From the IMG/VR virus record IMGVR_UViG_3300045988_021171, positions 1 to 54,193 of that record: DNA of 54,193 nucleotides. One strand, given 5' to 3'. Positions within the stretch are counted from its first letter, which is position 1. Every line of letters begins with the position of its first letter. A model generated the notes under the pieces. That model made no database searches and was not told the origin of the DNA. It saw nothing but the letters and a program-made list of their open reading frames with translations. Source of the stretch: a virus. Below are positions 1-10,900 of the stretch, one piece after another. The position numbers were made by a program, and so were the translations under genes.

Positions 1-55
1 AAGTTTTTTAGCAAATTTATTCATTTCTATCCTCCTATTGGTTATCTACTAATTT
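1..55. repeat. Terminal overlap identical to 54139-54193 (circular closure of the contig)
   Basis: Bases 1-55 (aagttttttagcaaatttattcat...ctactaattt) recur exactly at 54139-54193. 55 nt is a typical assembler k-mer overlap. The holin ORF start (cat at 22-24) is duplicated with it. Confidence 0.9.
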
Positions 56-349
56 CTTAATGTCCGCTACGTCATTTTTCAATTCACGCATGTTGGCATT
101 AAGATTATCAATACGTTCTACCAGTGCTAAGGTAATCTTCTGTTCCTCTTCGTGCTTGTCTAAACGTCGATTATGACTTTCAATTACCTTTTCCTGTTCT
201 TTGTTAATGACCTCCAGCGTTGTAATACGGCTCTCTAATTGAGATGCTCGTCCTTTCGCGGAAGTATAAAAGGTGGCGCCTGTAACAATTACAGGCAATA
301 CCACAGTAAGTAGCCAATGCATTAGTTCAGCTTCAGTATGTACAGGCAT
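35..349 (-). CDS. Membrane-anchored coiled-coil protein, putative lysis-cassette component
   Basis: 104 aa with an N-terminal hydrophobic helix (LLTVVLPVIVTGATFY) followed by a heptad-rich coiled coil. RBS ggaaggag lies upstream. After circular closure it sits directly upstream of the holin and endolysin. Confidence 0.4.
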   Translation of the reverse strand: MPVHTEAELMHWLLTVVLPVIVTGATFYTSAKGRASQLESRITTLEVINKEQEKVIESHNRRLDKHEEEQKITLALVERIDNLNANMRELKNDVADIKKLVDNQ

Positions 350-362
350 TTATTCTCCTTCC

Positions 363-944
363 TTAGCCTAATCTTGGTAAGACGACAGTAGCTGCTCCTG
401 TACGCAATAGGTCCTCCACTTTCTGACCCTTGTATGTATAGCCATCCGCGGCCGGCATACTAAATTTCAGAATCGTAGGAGTACCTTTAGGCCATTTCGG
501 ATTTGTGTCGAATGGGTAAGGCATTGACACAATATCGTTATTCACATAACGATGGTCATTCACTAAAGGTTTAATGAACTCGGCTACCTTACTGTAGGCA
601 TTCGGTTCCATTCCTCCAGAAGTGGAAATGGCTAACGTAACCAGGATTTCAGATATAGTTGAAACTTGTACAAGAAGTTCACGGTTCGACTCGTTCAATT
701 CTTGTTGGCGTTTCAACTTGTCGTCTACTTTATTAAATTTTTCCTTTTCCGCACGGTCTGGGAAATTTTCCTCATACAGGGTATCCAACGCCATTAAAAA
801 TAGCTCTGCGTCGGATTTTTCAATATCCTCTTTTTCGAACAATACTGGCAGATAGGCTCCATTAGAGTTACCTAATACAACCAAAGTCTTTAAAGGTTCG
901 GAATTTAGATAGGTAAGTGATTTAGAAATAAATTCAAGTTTCAT
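363..944 (-). CDS. Hypothetical protein, last gene of the tail module
   Basis: 193-aa ORF with RBS gaggag 7 nt before the ATG, tightly packed after the 674-aa tail protein. No recognisable motif. Confidence 0.5.
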   Translation of the reverse strand: MKLEFISKSLTYLNSEPLKTLVVLGNSNGAYLPVLFEKEDIEKSDAELFLMALDTLYEENFPDRAEKEKFNKVDDKLKRQQELNESNRELLVQVSTISEILVTLAISTSGGMEPNAYSKVAEFIKPLVNDHRYVNNDIVSMPYPFDTNPKWPKGTPTILKFSMPAADGYTYKGQKVEDLLRTGAATVVLPRLG

Positions 945-964
945 GTATTTTCTCCTCTGTTATA

Positions 965-2989
965 TTATAACATAATTGTAAGCTGTCCGGCGTATTTTGT
1001 ACCGTTACCGGTAGCTAAAGCATGAAGTACTCCCCGACCCTTATTAATCTGTACGTGGCAGTTTACTTCTCCAGCAATTGACCAGGCCGCAATAACAAGC
1101 ATATAGACTTGCGGTGGGTCGAAAATGTCTTTAGGAATATTAGCAAATTGAATAGTACCGCCATTTCCTACAAAGTCGTACTTAATGGTTAGTACGTCCC
1201 CTACCCTCTTGTAGTAAGACCCAGCGTATCCAGCTTCCTTCCATCCGGTATTAATAAGGTTAGGGTCATCTTTAAAGACGAACTCTTTCCACTGACTAGG
1301 TTTCCATTCACGATTATTATTAGCAGTTCTAATAAATGTGCGTCCGGAAGAAATTGCTGTAAATATCTGAACCATTTTCCAATTATCTAGCCAGTAGTTT
1401 CGAAACAGTCCCCAGTCGCCGCCCTTACCTGTAGGGTTGTCTGCGAAGTCGCCACTTCTCCATCCAAATTGAGTACCTTGTACATTCCAAGGACCATTCC
1501 ACGGAGAAAGTGAACTATTAAGTTCGCCTCGAGGACCTGTTAACGCAAATTGCTGAATCCTTTTCCCGTCGGCATAGTAATCTCCAGCGATGTCTACACT
1601 TCCGTACCTACCATTTTCCGGTACCTTACCTACTCCCAATCTACCTTGCTTGTCGTAGGAATGGATAACAGCTTCAGTAGATACGGTAGCAGAGGCTGAT
1701 AAGGCTTGTTGAGTAAACAAGTCTGTAAATTCAGCTACTACTGTATATGAGTTAGAAGAGGGGTAATTACCTGCTAAGTTAGCCGCACTATTGGTTAACT
1801 GACTAACAGCTCTCCATTCTCCTGCCGCTGGCCCGGTATCTTGTACAAAGTTGTCAGTATTAATAGGCGCTACTTTAAATTTAAGTGTACCTTTATTCTT
1901 CTGAATACCGTTAACTAAGATAGGGGCAAATTTAAAGTTTCGAACTACTTGCAAAGTCGATGGATTCTGTCTTGTCCGATATACCTGAATAGATAAAGCG
2001 GGAGGGAAGTACTCTAGTACGTTAATTTCTACTTCTTTTGGTAAGGATGTACGACCTCGACTATCAGTAATAGTAGCCCGTACCTTTACCTTACCGTTAA
2101 AATCTAATGGTCCAAAACTTTGACCATTGCTATTAATAGAGTTCTTCTTACCTACAATGTAAGCATCCATACTCTTAATAGTTGAACCGTAACTACCTTG
2201 CGCCCCGTTAAAGGAAACAGCTATGTCGGACACAATCTGAATAAATGTGTTAGCTGGAACTAAACTAGCCGCAGTTTTATTCTTATCAACAAGTGTAATG
2301 GACTCTAAAGACGGCTGAATATTGTCGGGCAGGGAGGCGGTAAAGTTCACTGACTTAGTACCCAACCTACGCCCCGCATTAAATGTAGTAATGTACAAGG
2401 TACCTACACCTGAAATATTGTTAGGTATTTCTCTAGCCAACTCCATAGGTACATACCAGTTCGCATAAGAACCGGCGTTAGATGTAACAGTACCTTGTTG
2501 GTTACCGAAGTGATATCGAATCTCGTGGTAGTAAGAACCCACTGTGCGTCTAATACCAATTGAACACATTTGACCGATAACGCAGTTACTAAGAGTTATG
2601 TCACTTGTACGTGGAATCGTTGTAAGAGTGAAACTACCGCTAAGGTTCAATGAACCTGGTGCAGGTGACCATCCACCATCCCCGCTAAAGTGAGCTGAGA
2701 AGTTAAACGCCTTAGCCCCGTCTTCATTATGTCTTACAGTAAATGTTCGGTCAATTAGCCAAATCATTGAGTTATATTGTAACATAGCTGGTCGACCGGA
2801 CCATTCTTGCTTCTGACCGTCAATGACTACATTTGCATAACAGTTATACTCTGCAAACGAATACCATTCATTATGTAAGGATAACCGAGCTCGAACCTGA
2901 CTTGTATTTTGTTCAACGTTCTGACCTACTTGGTCAATCCATAATCTAAGTTTATAACCTCGGTCACTATTGGACCAAAATTCTGCCAT
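965..2989 (-). CDS. Tail tip/baseplate structural protein, putative receptor-binding protein
   Basis: 674 aa, immediately downstream of the Tal-like fibre gene. The N-terminus (WIDQVGQNVEQNTSQVRARLSL...FTLTTIPRTS) resembles siphovirus minor structural proteins of the DUF859/Gp37-like type. Beta-rich composition. Confidence 0.55.
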   Translation of the reverse strand: MAEFWSNSDRGYKLRLWIDQVGQNVEQNTSQVRARLSLHNEWYSFAEYNCYANVVIDGQKQEWSGRPAMLQYNSMIWLIDRTFTVRHNEDGAKAFNFSAHFSGDGGWSPAPGSLNLSGSFTLTTIPRTSDITLSNCVIGQMCSIGIRRTVGSYYHEIRYHFGNQQGTVTSNAGSYANWYVPMELAREIPNNISGVGTLYITTFNAGRRLGTKSVNFTASLPDNIQPSLESITLVDKNKTAASLVPANTFIQIVSDIAVSFNGAQGSYGSTIKSMDAYIVGKKNSINSNGQSFGPLDFNGKVKVRATITDSRGRTSLPKEVEINVLEYFPPALSIQVYRTRQNPSTLQVVRNFKFAPILVNGIQKNKGTLKFKVAPINTDNFVQDTGPAAGEWRAVSQLTNSAANLAGNYPSSNSYTVVAEFTDLFTQQALSASATVSTEAVIHSYDKQGRLGVGKVPENGRYGSVDIAGDYYADGKRIQQFALTGPRGELNSSLSPWNGPWNVQGTQFGWRSGDFADNPTGKGGDWGLFRNYWLDNWKMVQIFTAISSGRTFIRTANNNREWKPSQWKEFVFKDDPNLINTGWKEAGYAGSYYKRVGDVLTIKYDFVGNGGTIQFANIPKDIFDPPQVYMLVIAAWSIAGEVNCHVQINKGRGVLHALATGNGTKYAGQLTIML

Positions 2990-2999
2990 AGTTTTCCTC

Positions 3000-5900
3000 C
3001 TAACCTACGTATCGGCACACGTTTAAATCCGGGTCAGCATAGTGCTGTTCCGTAATAAACCTACCAATTTGAAGTGATTTAGTAAATACCCCGTTATCAA
3101 TATGAATAACCCCTTGACTAATATACATGACTTCCTTACCGGCACTGAACATGGAAATTCTGTCCGGCGACACCTTAATAGTAGCACTTGCGTCATTCTT
3201 ACCTATAATCAGCCCTTCGTTACTAGAAGACATATAGGTATCGATAAATTTCTTCAGTTCGCGAAGTCCACCTAATTCAGCTACGGTAGCTTCTATTCGA
3301 CGTCCTGCGTCAATTAAATCAGCTTCTGACTTACTAATAGCTTCTTCAGTAGCTTTAATACGTGCGTCATAAGCCTTTTCTAAGTCACTAAGTTGTTCCA
3401 TAGTAGCTTTAGCTCGCAGTTCAGCTTCGTAAATTTGAGCCTTTTCCGCTAACGCATTTAGCTGGTCTTGGGTCAGCTTACCGTCCGCCTTACTATTAAT
3501 GCGGTAAGCTATATCTTCCGGGGCTTCCGTATAACTAGTAGACAGAGTACCTACTTCGACCTTAATCCTAGCTAGCCACGCAGTAGTTTCCTGACTAAGT
3601 AGATGAATGATAACCTGCTGGGAACTTTTAGTATCTTCCGCTAAACATAGGTAAGTAGAGTAGTACTTCCAGTCAGTTGTTAGGTATAGTGGTTCAACTG
3701 TACCTCGATAACCCGTTCGGAAGTCAATTCTCGCATTAGCCTTGTTACTTTTACCCCAGAAGCTGATTCGAACATTCTGGTTAGTAAATCCATATTCAGT
3801 AGGTACACGACCGTCCCCGCCTACGTCGATAGTAATGTGCTGGTTCTCATATTTACCGTTCCACGTCGAATCTATTTTAAGGGTGTTATAGCCTCTGTAT
3901 TTAGTAGTACTGTCAATACTTACAGCCAATTGACCTTTAGTCTCCTCAGCACTATCGGATACCCTGTAAGTAGAGTACGGTTCCTTTAGACCGAATGTGA
4001 ATAATGAGTTCAGGAACAGGTTAACTCCTCCTACCTGAACATTAGCCATACGGTCAAACCATCTATATTTCTTAGGGTCTGTACTATCCTGTATTGTAGA
4101 GTCGGAGTAGTATCCAATATACTGCTGATTACGGTCATCTAGGCTAAATGCTCTAGTCCCGTCTGCGCTTCCAGCGTAAGCTACATGGAAGTACGAAGTA
4201 TTACCATCCGCTCCTTCTTTACCTGGAATACCTTGAGCCCCATCTCGGACCGCCCATTTAGTCCACCTATACGAGGCCTTGTCTTTAGAATGAGCCTCAT
4301 TATAATCCCGGTACATTCCAATATAGGCTCGACCTTGGTCAGTATGACTAAATCCTGTACCGTCCGGACTATCTGAGAACGCAATGTGGGTAAATTGAGA
4401 CCTTCCGTCAGGTCCGGGGGTACCTGGAATACCTTGCTGTCCAGTTTCCCCTTGCAGAACTTGGATACCTCTAGGACCCTGTTCCCCGATTTTAGTTACA
4501 GAATATCCCGTCTCACTTGTTCCGTCAGTGTAAGTCCAAATAGTTCGAGTCCAAAGATAAAATCCAGGCTGAACTTGAGGAATAGCGGTACTCCAAATAG
4601 AGCTATCGGCGGATTCAAGTCTAAGATATTCCACCTGAGTAGAATTGTCCAGTTTATAGGTATTAACCCGAATACGAGTTCTTCCCGTAGGTCCGGTCCA
4701 CGTAAATTCGTTACCATGAATACCCGTATTTTCATTAGAAATAATCTTAAACACGGACCCACCTGGGGTATCAAACTGTACTCCCCAGATTACAACCCGA
4801 TTAGACTCCTCTCTAGGTGAGTGCTGTGAATAGAATTGCCCGTTAGAGGATATACCGTATAACTTATATTTAGCTCCGTTCACAGCATCGAAATATAGTT
4901 CGGGGTAAGCTATATTATCTGTACTACTTCGGTTAGGTCGAATGACTTCCGCATAGTTAATAAGAACATCTCCTGAAGGAGGTACTGTTCCGGAAGTAGA
5001 CCCTGCGTAGGTAATGTCCGTACGGCGTATCCCTACCCCGTCTTTCCCGGCGATACCGTTCTGACCATCGTTACCGTCACGAGCTATATAGGTCTTTTGG
5101 TACGCAGTTTCCGAAGTATTGTCAGTGTAAGTCCAGGTAGTTCGAGTCCATAGGAACTTACCTTTAACTAGACTAGGAACCTGCTGAACCCATGTCAGTG
5201 GGGCAGTTTGGTCACTATCCGAAAGTCCGTAAAGAATCTGAGTACCCTTCAGACCTACACCATTTTTACCTGGAAGTCCGTCACTTCCTGAATCCCCTTT
5301 AGGACCTTGGGTACCCATTCGGGCTACAGAATAGCCAACTTCAGTCGTATCATCTGTATAGAACCATTTAGTACGTGTCCATAAGTATTCCCCATAAGGA
5401 ACTTCTGGAACTTGAGAACCCCACTTAGCATCGGAAGGAGGTTCAGTTCCTGAATTAGAACGTGCGTAGCTAATTTCGGTACGCTTGATACCTACACCAT
5501 CTTTACCAGCTACACCGTCATTTCCTTTATTTCCATCTTGGGCTATATAGGTTACGGAGTATCCAGTCTCGTGGGTACCGTCTGAGTATCTCCAAAACGT
5601 CTTCGTCCACAAATAACGACCTTTAACTAATTCGGGTACTTGTGAAGACCATCCGTCTGTAGGAGCTTGTGTACCGGATAAGCTAATACAATAAGTAATA
5701 TCAGTGTCTACGATTCCTACACCGTTTTTACCAGCGACTCCATCAACACCGTCACGTCCAGGTGTACCTGGTTCACCGTTTCGACCCTGCGGACCTTCCG
5801 GACCTTCAATTTTAACCCAGGTAAAGTCATCAGGTCTTAAGTCTTCTGAACGTTTTGTAGTTGTAAGGACACCTATATACTTACCATTTTCGGTATTAAA

Positions 5901-7073
5901 TCCTGTACCTAAAATGTCATTAGCATACCTAATTACTACGTGAGACTGTTCTTCATTTCCAGAAGAAATTGCTCCATCCCCGTCATCGTTAATTAGGTCC
6001 ATTAAATCCCGTCTAGGGTCGTCAAACGTTATCTGAGAATTAGATAAGTCGTCATAGTCAATTGAACGAGCAGTAACCTTACGCCATTCGTTCAGTTTGT
6101 AGAAGTCGTCTACTACTAACTGACTGTGATGTAAGTCTGGTACCTTGTCGTACAAAATTGCTGACGCTTCATATGTAATTAACGGTTTAGCGTATACGTC
6201 TAAATAAGCTCTGGCGGCGTCCAGCATGCTTTGTTTAATTTTAAAACGGTCATCATGTTTGGACTTAGGAATGTACCGAGGACGCATTCCACGTTCAGTG
6301 AACCAGGAAACATCTAATAAATAGTCACTTCCATGATTAATACTTGCGAACGTCAATTCCTCGTCGTCATTTTCCCCTTTACCTGTCAGCTTGTAGGCTG
6401 TACAAAGGTTACGGGAATCCTCAGCTCGTACAATATGCTTGAGATTTTCCTCTACGACTAAAGGATAATCGATTTTAGACTCGGTATACTGCTGAATAAT
6501 AACGACAGTTTTAACATACCGAAGTTCTTGTTCGAATACCTCTTCGTACCCAAAGGTCAATTCCATGTTATATTGTTTAGCTAAGTAACGGAGCTTGTAT
6601 AGTCCTGAATTTTCTTTTAGCGTAATTGAACGTACTGGACGATTACCAGAGTCCGTAGGAATGACTAATTTTACCCACTTACCGAAATCCTTAGTAATAG
6701 CTTCGGCTACTGCACGAACTGTACTAGCTACCATATGAATAGGAGATGGTAGTCCTTCAGCTAATTCATACCAAAGTGCGTAACAAGTGAATTTCGTAAT
6801 ACCTTTAGCCGAACTATCATCTTCCGAAAACTTAATACGGAACCATCTACCGCCGAACTTAACAATATTTTCAGTTTTTAAATGCTGGTAAATAGTAGAA
6901 GTTTCTACAGCTTCGAACGTAAGTACTTCCTTACCTTTCGAACGAGTAATAATTTCGTCCTCGTAATGCTTGTGAAAACACTCTACACTAGCCCCAAGTA
7001 GATTGAAGTTCTGGTCATATACGTAAATAATACTATCCGGAGTAGGAGTCATGACTAAATTATTATCAATCAT
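3000..7073 (-). CDS. Tail-associated (Tal-like) host-specificity fibre protein with collagen-like segments
   Basis: 1357 aa, located after Dit and TMP. It has several Gly-X-Y runs (GPEGPQGRNGEPGTPGRDGVDGVAGKNGVG and others), repeated YLWTRT modules and a C-terminal coiled coil (QLNALAEKAQIYEAELRAKATMEQLSDLEKAY). Confidence 0.75.
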   Translation of the reverse strand: MIDNNLVMTPTPDSIIYVYDQNFNLLGASVECFHKHYEDEIITRSKGKEVLTFEAVETSTIYQHLKTENIVKFGGRWFRIKFSEDDSSAKGITKFTCYALWYELAEGLPSPIHMVASTVRAVAEAITKDFGKWVKLVIPTDSGNRPVRSITLKENSGLYKLRYLAKQYNMELTFGYEEVFEQELRYVKTVVIIQQYTESKIDYPLVVEENLKHIVRAEDSRNLCTAYKLTGKGENDDEELTFASINHGSDYLLDVSWFTERGMRPRYIPKSKHDDRFKIKQSMLDAARAYLDVYAKPLITYEASAILYDKVPDLHHSQLVVDDFYKLNEWRKVTARSIDYDDLSNSQITFDDPRRDLMDLINDDGDGAISSGNEEQSHVVIRYANDILGTGFNTENGKYIGVLTTTKRSEDLRPDDFTWVKIEGPEGPQGRNGEPGTPGRDGVDGVAGKNGVGIVDTDITYCISLSGTQAPTDGWSSQVPELVKGRYLWTKTFWRYSDGTHETGYSVTYIAQDGNKGNDGVAGKDGVGIKRTEISYARSNSGTEPPSDAKWGSQVPEVPYGEYLWTRTKWFYTDDTTEVGYSVARMGTQGPKGDSGSDGLPGKNGVGLKGTQILYGLSDSDQTAPLTWVQQVPSLVKGKFLWTRTTWTYTDNTSETAYQKTYIARDGNDGQNGIAGKDGVGIRRTDITYAGSTSGTVPPSGDVLINYAEVIRPNRSSTDNIAYPELYFDAVNGAKYKLYGISSNGQFYSQHSPREESNRVVIWGVQFDTPGGSVFKIISNENTGIHGNEFTWTGPTGRTRIRVNTYKLDNSTQVEYLRLESADSSIWSTAIPQVQPGFYLWTRTIWTYTDGTSETGYSVTKIGEQGPRGIQVLQGETGQQGIPGTPGPDGRSQFTHIAFSDSPDGTGFSHTDQGRAYIGMYRDYNEAHSKDKASYRWTKWAVRDGAQGIPGKEGADGNTSYFHVAYAGSADGTRAFSLDDRNQQYIGYYSDSTIQDSTDPKKYRWFDRMANVQVGGVNLFLNSLFTFGLKEPYSTYRVSDSAEETKGQLAVSIDSTTKYRGYNTLKIDSTWNGKYENQHITIDVGGDGRVPTEYGFTNQNVRISFWGKSNKANARIDFRTGYRGTVEPLYLTTDWKYYSTYLCLAEDTKSSQQVIIHLLSQETTAWLARIKVEVGTLSTSYTEAPEDIAYRINSKADGKLTQDQLNALAEKAQIYEAELRAKATMEQLSDLEKAYDARIKATEEAISKSEADLIDAGRRIEATVAELGGLRELKKFIDTYMSSSNEGLIIGKNDASATIKVSPDRISMFSAGKEVMYISQGVIHIDNGVFTKSLQIGRFITEQHYADPDLNVCRYVG
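4476..5804 (-). repeat. In-frame array of collagen-like triplets plus about 75-aa YLWT(R/K)T modules within the fibre gene
   Basis: Residues 424-866 repeat the pattern G-X-Y run, then GVGI..T.I.Y..S.SGT.PP..W...VPE...G.YLWTRT.W.Y.D.T.E.GYSV, four times. The last unit is split by an insertion. Confidence 0.8.
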
Positions 7074-7084
7074 CTAATACCTCC

Positions 7085-7921
7085 TTAGTAATAGGACGGG
7101 GACAGCGTATAACGGACCTGGAATGGAAGATTCGTCGTCCACGTCGCCGTATCACTGGCTCGGTAACTAATTCTAAGTACTGATTTTCCGGAAGGAATTT
7201 TAAAGAATTGCGCATTTTTCAAGTACCCGAAAATGTTTTTAACATTATTATTAATAGCTAATTGAATTAACTCGAACGTACCAAAATTGAACTTGATTCG
7301 ATTTCCAGGGTCAAGCATAATTGAATTAGTACCGAACTCTACTGAACCGTGTCCTAAACATTCAATTCGAATGTATCCTGGAAGACGTTGAGTCGTACTA
7401 ATTTCCAATTCGAAGTGTCTTGTAGGTCGTCCTGGATTAGTAATCTCGTGACCATTTACACCTGAAACATATTGATAATTTCCTGTAATGACATTGCTGG
7501 AATATTCATACCCGTCTTTAAATTGAATACCAATCTTAGTAATGAAGTGAGCTTGTGCAAATACTGGAACATCTGTTAGCACACCAGGTTCACTTTCCCC
7601 TAAGAATTTACCGTACCTATAAAACTCCGGGTCTTCTTTTGTAGAAATTTTCCAAAAAGAGCGACTTCTAATAAATTGTTTAAATTCGCGATACTTAGCA
7701 TTTACATGCTTCTCACTTTCGCCCTCAATTAGAACTGTAATGGAGGCAGTTAGTCCCGAAAAGGCAGTAGACGGGGAATCTAGTACCCCGTCAATACCTT
7801 CCGGATTTTTAAATCCTCCGTCCTTTAGAGCTGCGAAGCTAATTCCCGAATATTCTAAGATAGTTACCCCTTTAGTAGATAAGTCAATACCGTCCACTAA
7901 AATCGTATCTCTATTCGCCAT
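7085..7921 (-). CDS. Distal tail protein (Dit-like)
   Basis: 278 aa, sitting between the tape measure and the Tal-like fibre, which is the canonical Dit position in siphoviruses. Beta-rich sequence. Confidence 0.6.
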   Translation of the reverse strand: MANRDTILVDGIDLSTKGVTILEYSGISFAALKDGGFKNPEGIDGVLDSPSTAFSGLTASITVLIEGESEKHVNAKYREFKQFIRSRSFWKISTKEDPEFYRYGKFLGESEPGVLTDVPVFAQAHFITKIGIQFKDGYEYSSNVITGNYQYVSGVNGHEITNPGRPTRHFELEISTTQRLPGYIRIECLGHGSVEFGTNSIMLDPGNRIKFNFGTFELIQLAINNNVKNIFGYLKNAQFFKIPSGKSVLRISYRASDTATWTTNLPFQVRYTLSPSYY

Positions 7922-7934
7922 TTAGTCTTCCTTT

Positions 7935-10900
7935 CTAAGGTGTTACGATGTTACCCATACCGGATAACGTTTCCTTACTTTTATTATACAGTCCTCGGGA
8001 CAATTTGTCTACATCATCATTGCTACGAACAATGATAGTTCCGATAGTAATGTTACCTCCAGAAGATTCACCGCCGTCTTTAGGTTCATTAGAATCTGTA
8101 GGACGTTGATTAATCTTGTACAAATCTACCGTAGGTGCAGTAGCAGCTGATTCAACTAAACCTAATTGAGGTCCTTTGAGTTCATCAGGTACTTGATCCA
8201 TCACATGATCGTAGATATCCTTAACCTTGTCAACGATACCACTATCCTGAACATCCATTGTAATATCACTTAACGCATCGGATACAGCTTCCGCCATTTC
8301 TCTTGCGTTATCTCGAACAGTTCGAATCATATTAGTAATACCAAGGCCGAAACCTTCTCCGGTATACTTACCAATTTTCATCATCTTACGAGACGGTGAT
8401 TTAATCCCTAAGAACGATTTAGCGGCGTTCCATGCACTTTTAGCCATGTTTGCAGCGGCGTTCGCAGCGGCTCCAATAGCTCCGGTAATCCCGTTAACGA
8501 ATCCCATTACGAGGTTCTTACCAGCTGAAGCCATCTGGCCTACAAAGGAACCTACTTTGGAAAGCATTTGACTACCCATGGAACCAATCTTGCTAACTAC
8601 GCTACCAATCTTACCTGCGATACCGCTAATAAAGCTAGTAAGCAATTTAGCTCCTGAAGATAACATCTGCCCTACAAATGAACCAATCTTACTAATCATT
8701 TGACCCATCATACTTCCGACAGTAGATAGGAGTGAACCTAGTACGGACAGGATACCACTTACTAAGGAAGTTAGTAACTGAACCCCTGCCTGAAGTAATT
8801 GAGGTAAGTGACTTAGGATAGTAGATAGTAAGGACGCTAGAATCTGAATAGCTCCTTGAATTAGTTGAGGTAGTACACTAATAATCCCTTGAAGTAAGGA
8901 CGTGAGTAACTGTACCCCTGCGTCAACTAACTGAGGTAGTGCGTTAATAAACGCTTCCAGTAACGCTGTCAGAATTTGAATAGCGGCTTCAATTAGCTGA
9001 GGAATTACCTGAATAAGTCCCTGAATTAGTGCCGTTAGAATCTGAATACCCGCTTCGATAATCTGAGGTAAATTATCTACAATAGCCTGAATGAGGGCCA
9101 TGATAATCTGAATACCTGCTTCAATTAGCGTAGGTAATGTTTGTACAATACCTTGAATAAGGGCCGTCATAATCTGAATAGCAGCTTCTATAATAGACGG
9201 TAATGCTTGTACAATAGCTCCGATAAGAGCTTGTATAATCTGAATACCAGCCTGTATTAGCTGAGGTAGGGCTTGTATTAAGCCGTTTAGTAACGTGGTA
9301 ATGATTTGTACAGTAGCCTGGACAATCTGCGGTAAGGCTTGGGTTATACCTTGAATAAGCGTAGTTAAAATCTGCATACCTGCACTTACTAATTGAGGTA
9401 ATACGGATACTAGGGTTTGCGTAATGGCTGTAATTACCTGACTAATTGTCTGGGTAATTTGTGGAATAGCCTTAGTAATACCCTCAATAATCTTAACTAA
9501 AATTTCAGTTCCCTTTTGCACGAACTGTGGTAAGTATTTAGAAATAGCGTCTGCTACATTCTGAATAGTAGTAGATAGGTTATCGAACACTTGACGGATA
9601 CCGTCTGCGTTCAGGTTTCCTGTCTTAGCCCACGCCGATAGGAAGGATACTACTAAACTAATAGCTAATCCAATAGGTCCAGTAATTCCTAAAAACGCAA
9701 GTCCGAATTTAGTAATAGCTGACACGGCAATGGACGCAATACCTCCAATCTTGCCAAACGCTCCTCCCATCTTTTCAAGCACTCCACCAATGAATCCTTT
9801 AATAGAGTCACCAGCTACACCTAATTTTTCTGAGAAGTGTTTCAAGGGTTCACCAATCTTATCCCTAATAGCCTGTCCGAACTCTTTAGCTTTTTGACCT
9901 GCCTGATGAAGCCATTCCCATAAGACCTTGAGTTTTTCAGCTGCCCATTGAGCGGCTACCCCTAACCCATTCTTAATAGACGGCCAAAGCTTGTCAATAA
10001 AGTTCCTAAATGTTTCAGACTTGGTATAAGCAATCATGAACACGGCTACAAGTGCGTAAATAATACCAATTACTGCGGCTATTGTTCCCATTGTACCGGC
10101 AAATCCTGCCCCTAAGAACTGAATTGCGGTCTTAACCTTAACAATAGTAGTAATAACTGTACCGAATATTAGCAATAGTGGACCTAACGCTGCTACCATG
10201 GTTCCGAAAATAACAACCATTTTCTGACCTAATGGTGACATATTTACGAATCCTTCAATGAGCTTCGTAATCCATCCTACTAATTTGGATAAAGCTGGTT
10301 CAAGGATTTGTTGAATAATAATGGCGGCTGACTCGAAAGCTCCTCCCATTTGTTCAATCTTACTTGCTAAGTTATCCTGCATGGTAGCCGCCATTTCTCT
10401 AGCCGCACCATCCGAATTAATTAGCGAGTTAGTCATCTTATCCAACTTCTCAGGACCTGCGTCTAGCAACGCTAACATACCTGAAAGTGATTGTTGGCCG
10501 TACAATGTAACCAAGTGTCGGTTACGTTCCTCTTGCGTTAACCCTGCAGTCGCCTTTTTCAGCTGACCAATTTGTTCACGAAGAGGTACCATCTTCCCGT
10601 TAGCGTCGTAGAATGAAACTCCGAGTTCATCCATGGACGCTTTCATAGCCTTAGTAGGTTTAGCTATACGAGACAAGGCTCCACGTAGGGTCGTACCCGC
10701 TTGTGAGCCTTTAATACCTGCGTCCGCCATGATACCAATAGACGCCGCAGTTTCTTCTAAACTTAGTCCCATTGAGTGAGCAACCGGAGCCACGTATTTC
10801 ATAGCTTCTGCCATGTCTACAGTCTCTGCGTTCGTGTCTGCAGCGGCTCTAGCAAATACGTCCGCTACGTGTCCGGCCTGATTAGCTTCAAGTCCGAACG

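Noticed and set aside
4181-5943. Five ORFs from the track (4181-4384, 4185-4376, 4386-4820, 4496-4774, 5704-5943) lie inside or antisense to the fibre gene.
   Set aside because: All are nested in the continuous 1357-aa ORF. They lack RBSs, and their low-complexity composition is what repetitive Gly-X-Y coding DNA produces when read off-frame.
8742-9533. Regular 66-bp periodic repeats could be mistaken for a CRISPR-like or satellite array.
   Set aside because: The repeats lie in frame inside the tape measure ORF. They have no unique spacers and have diverged at synonymous and conservative positions. They are protein repeats.
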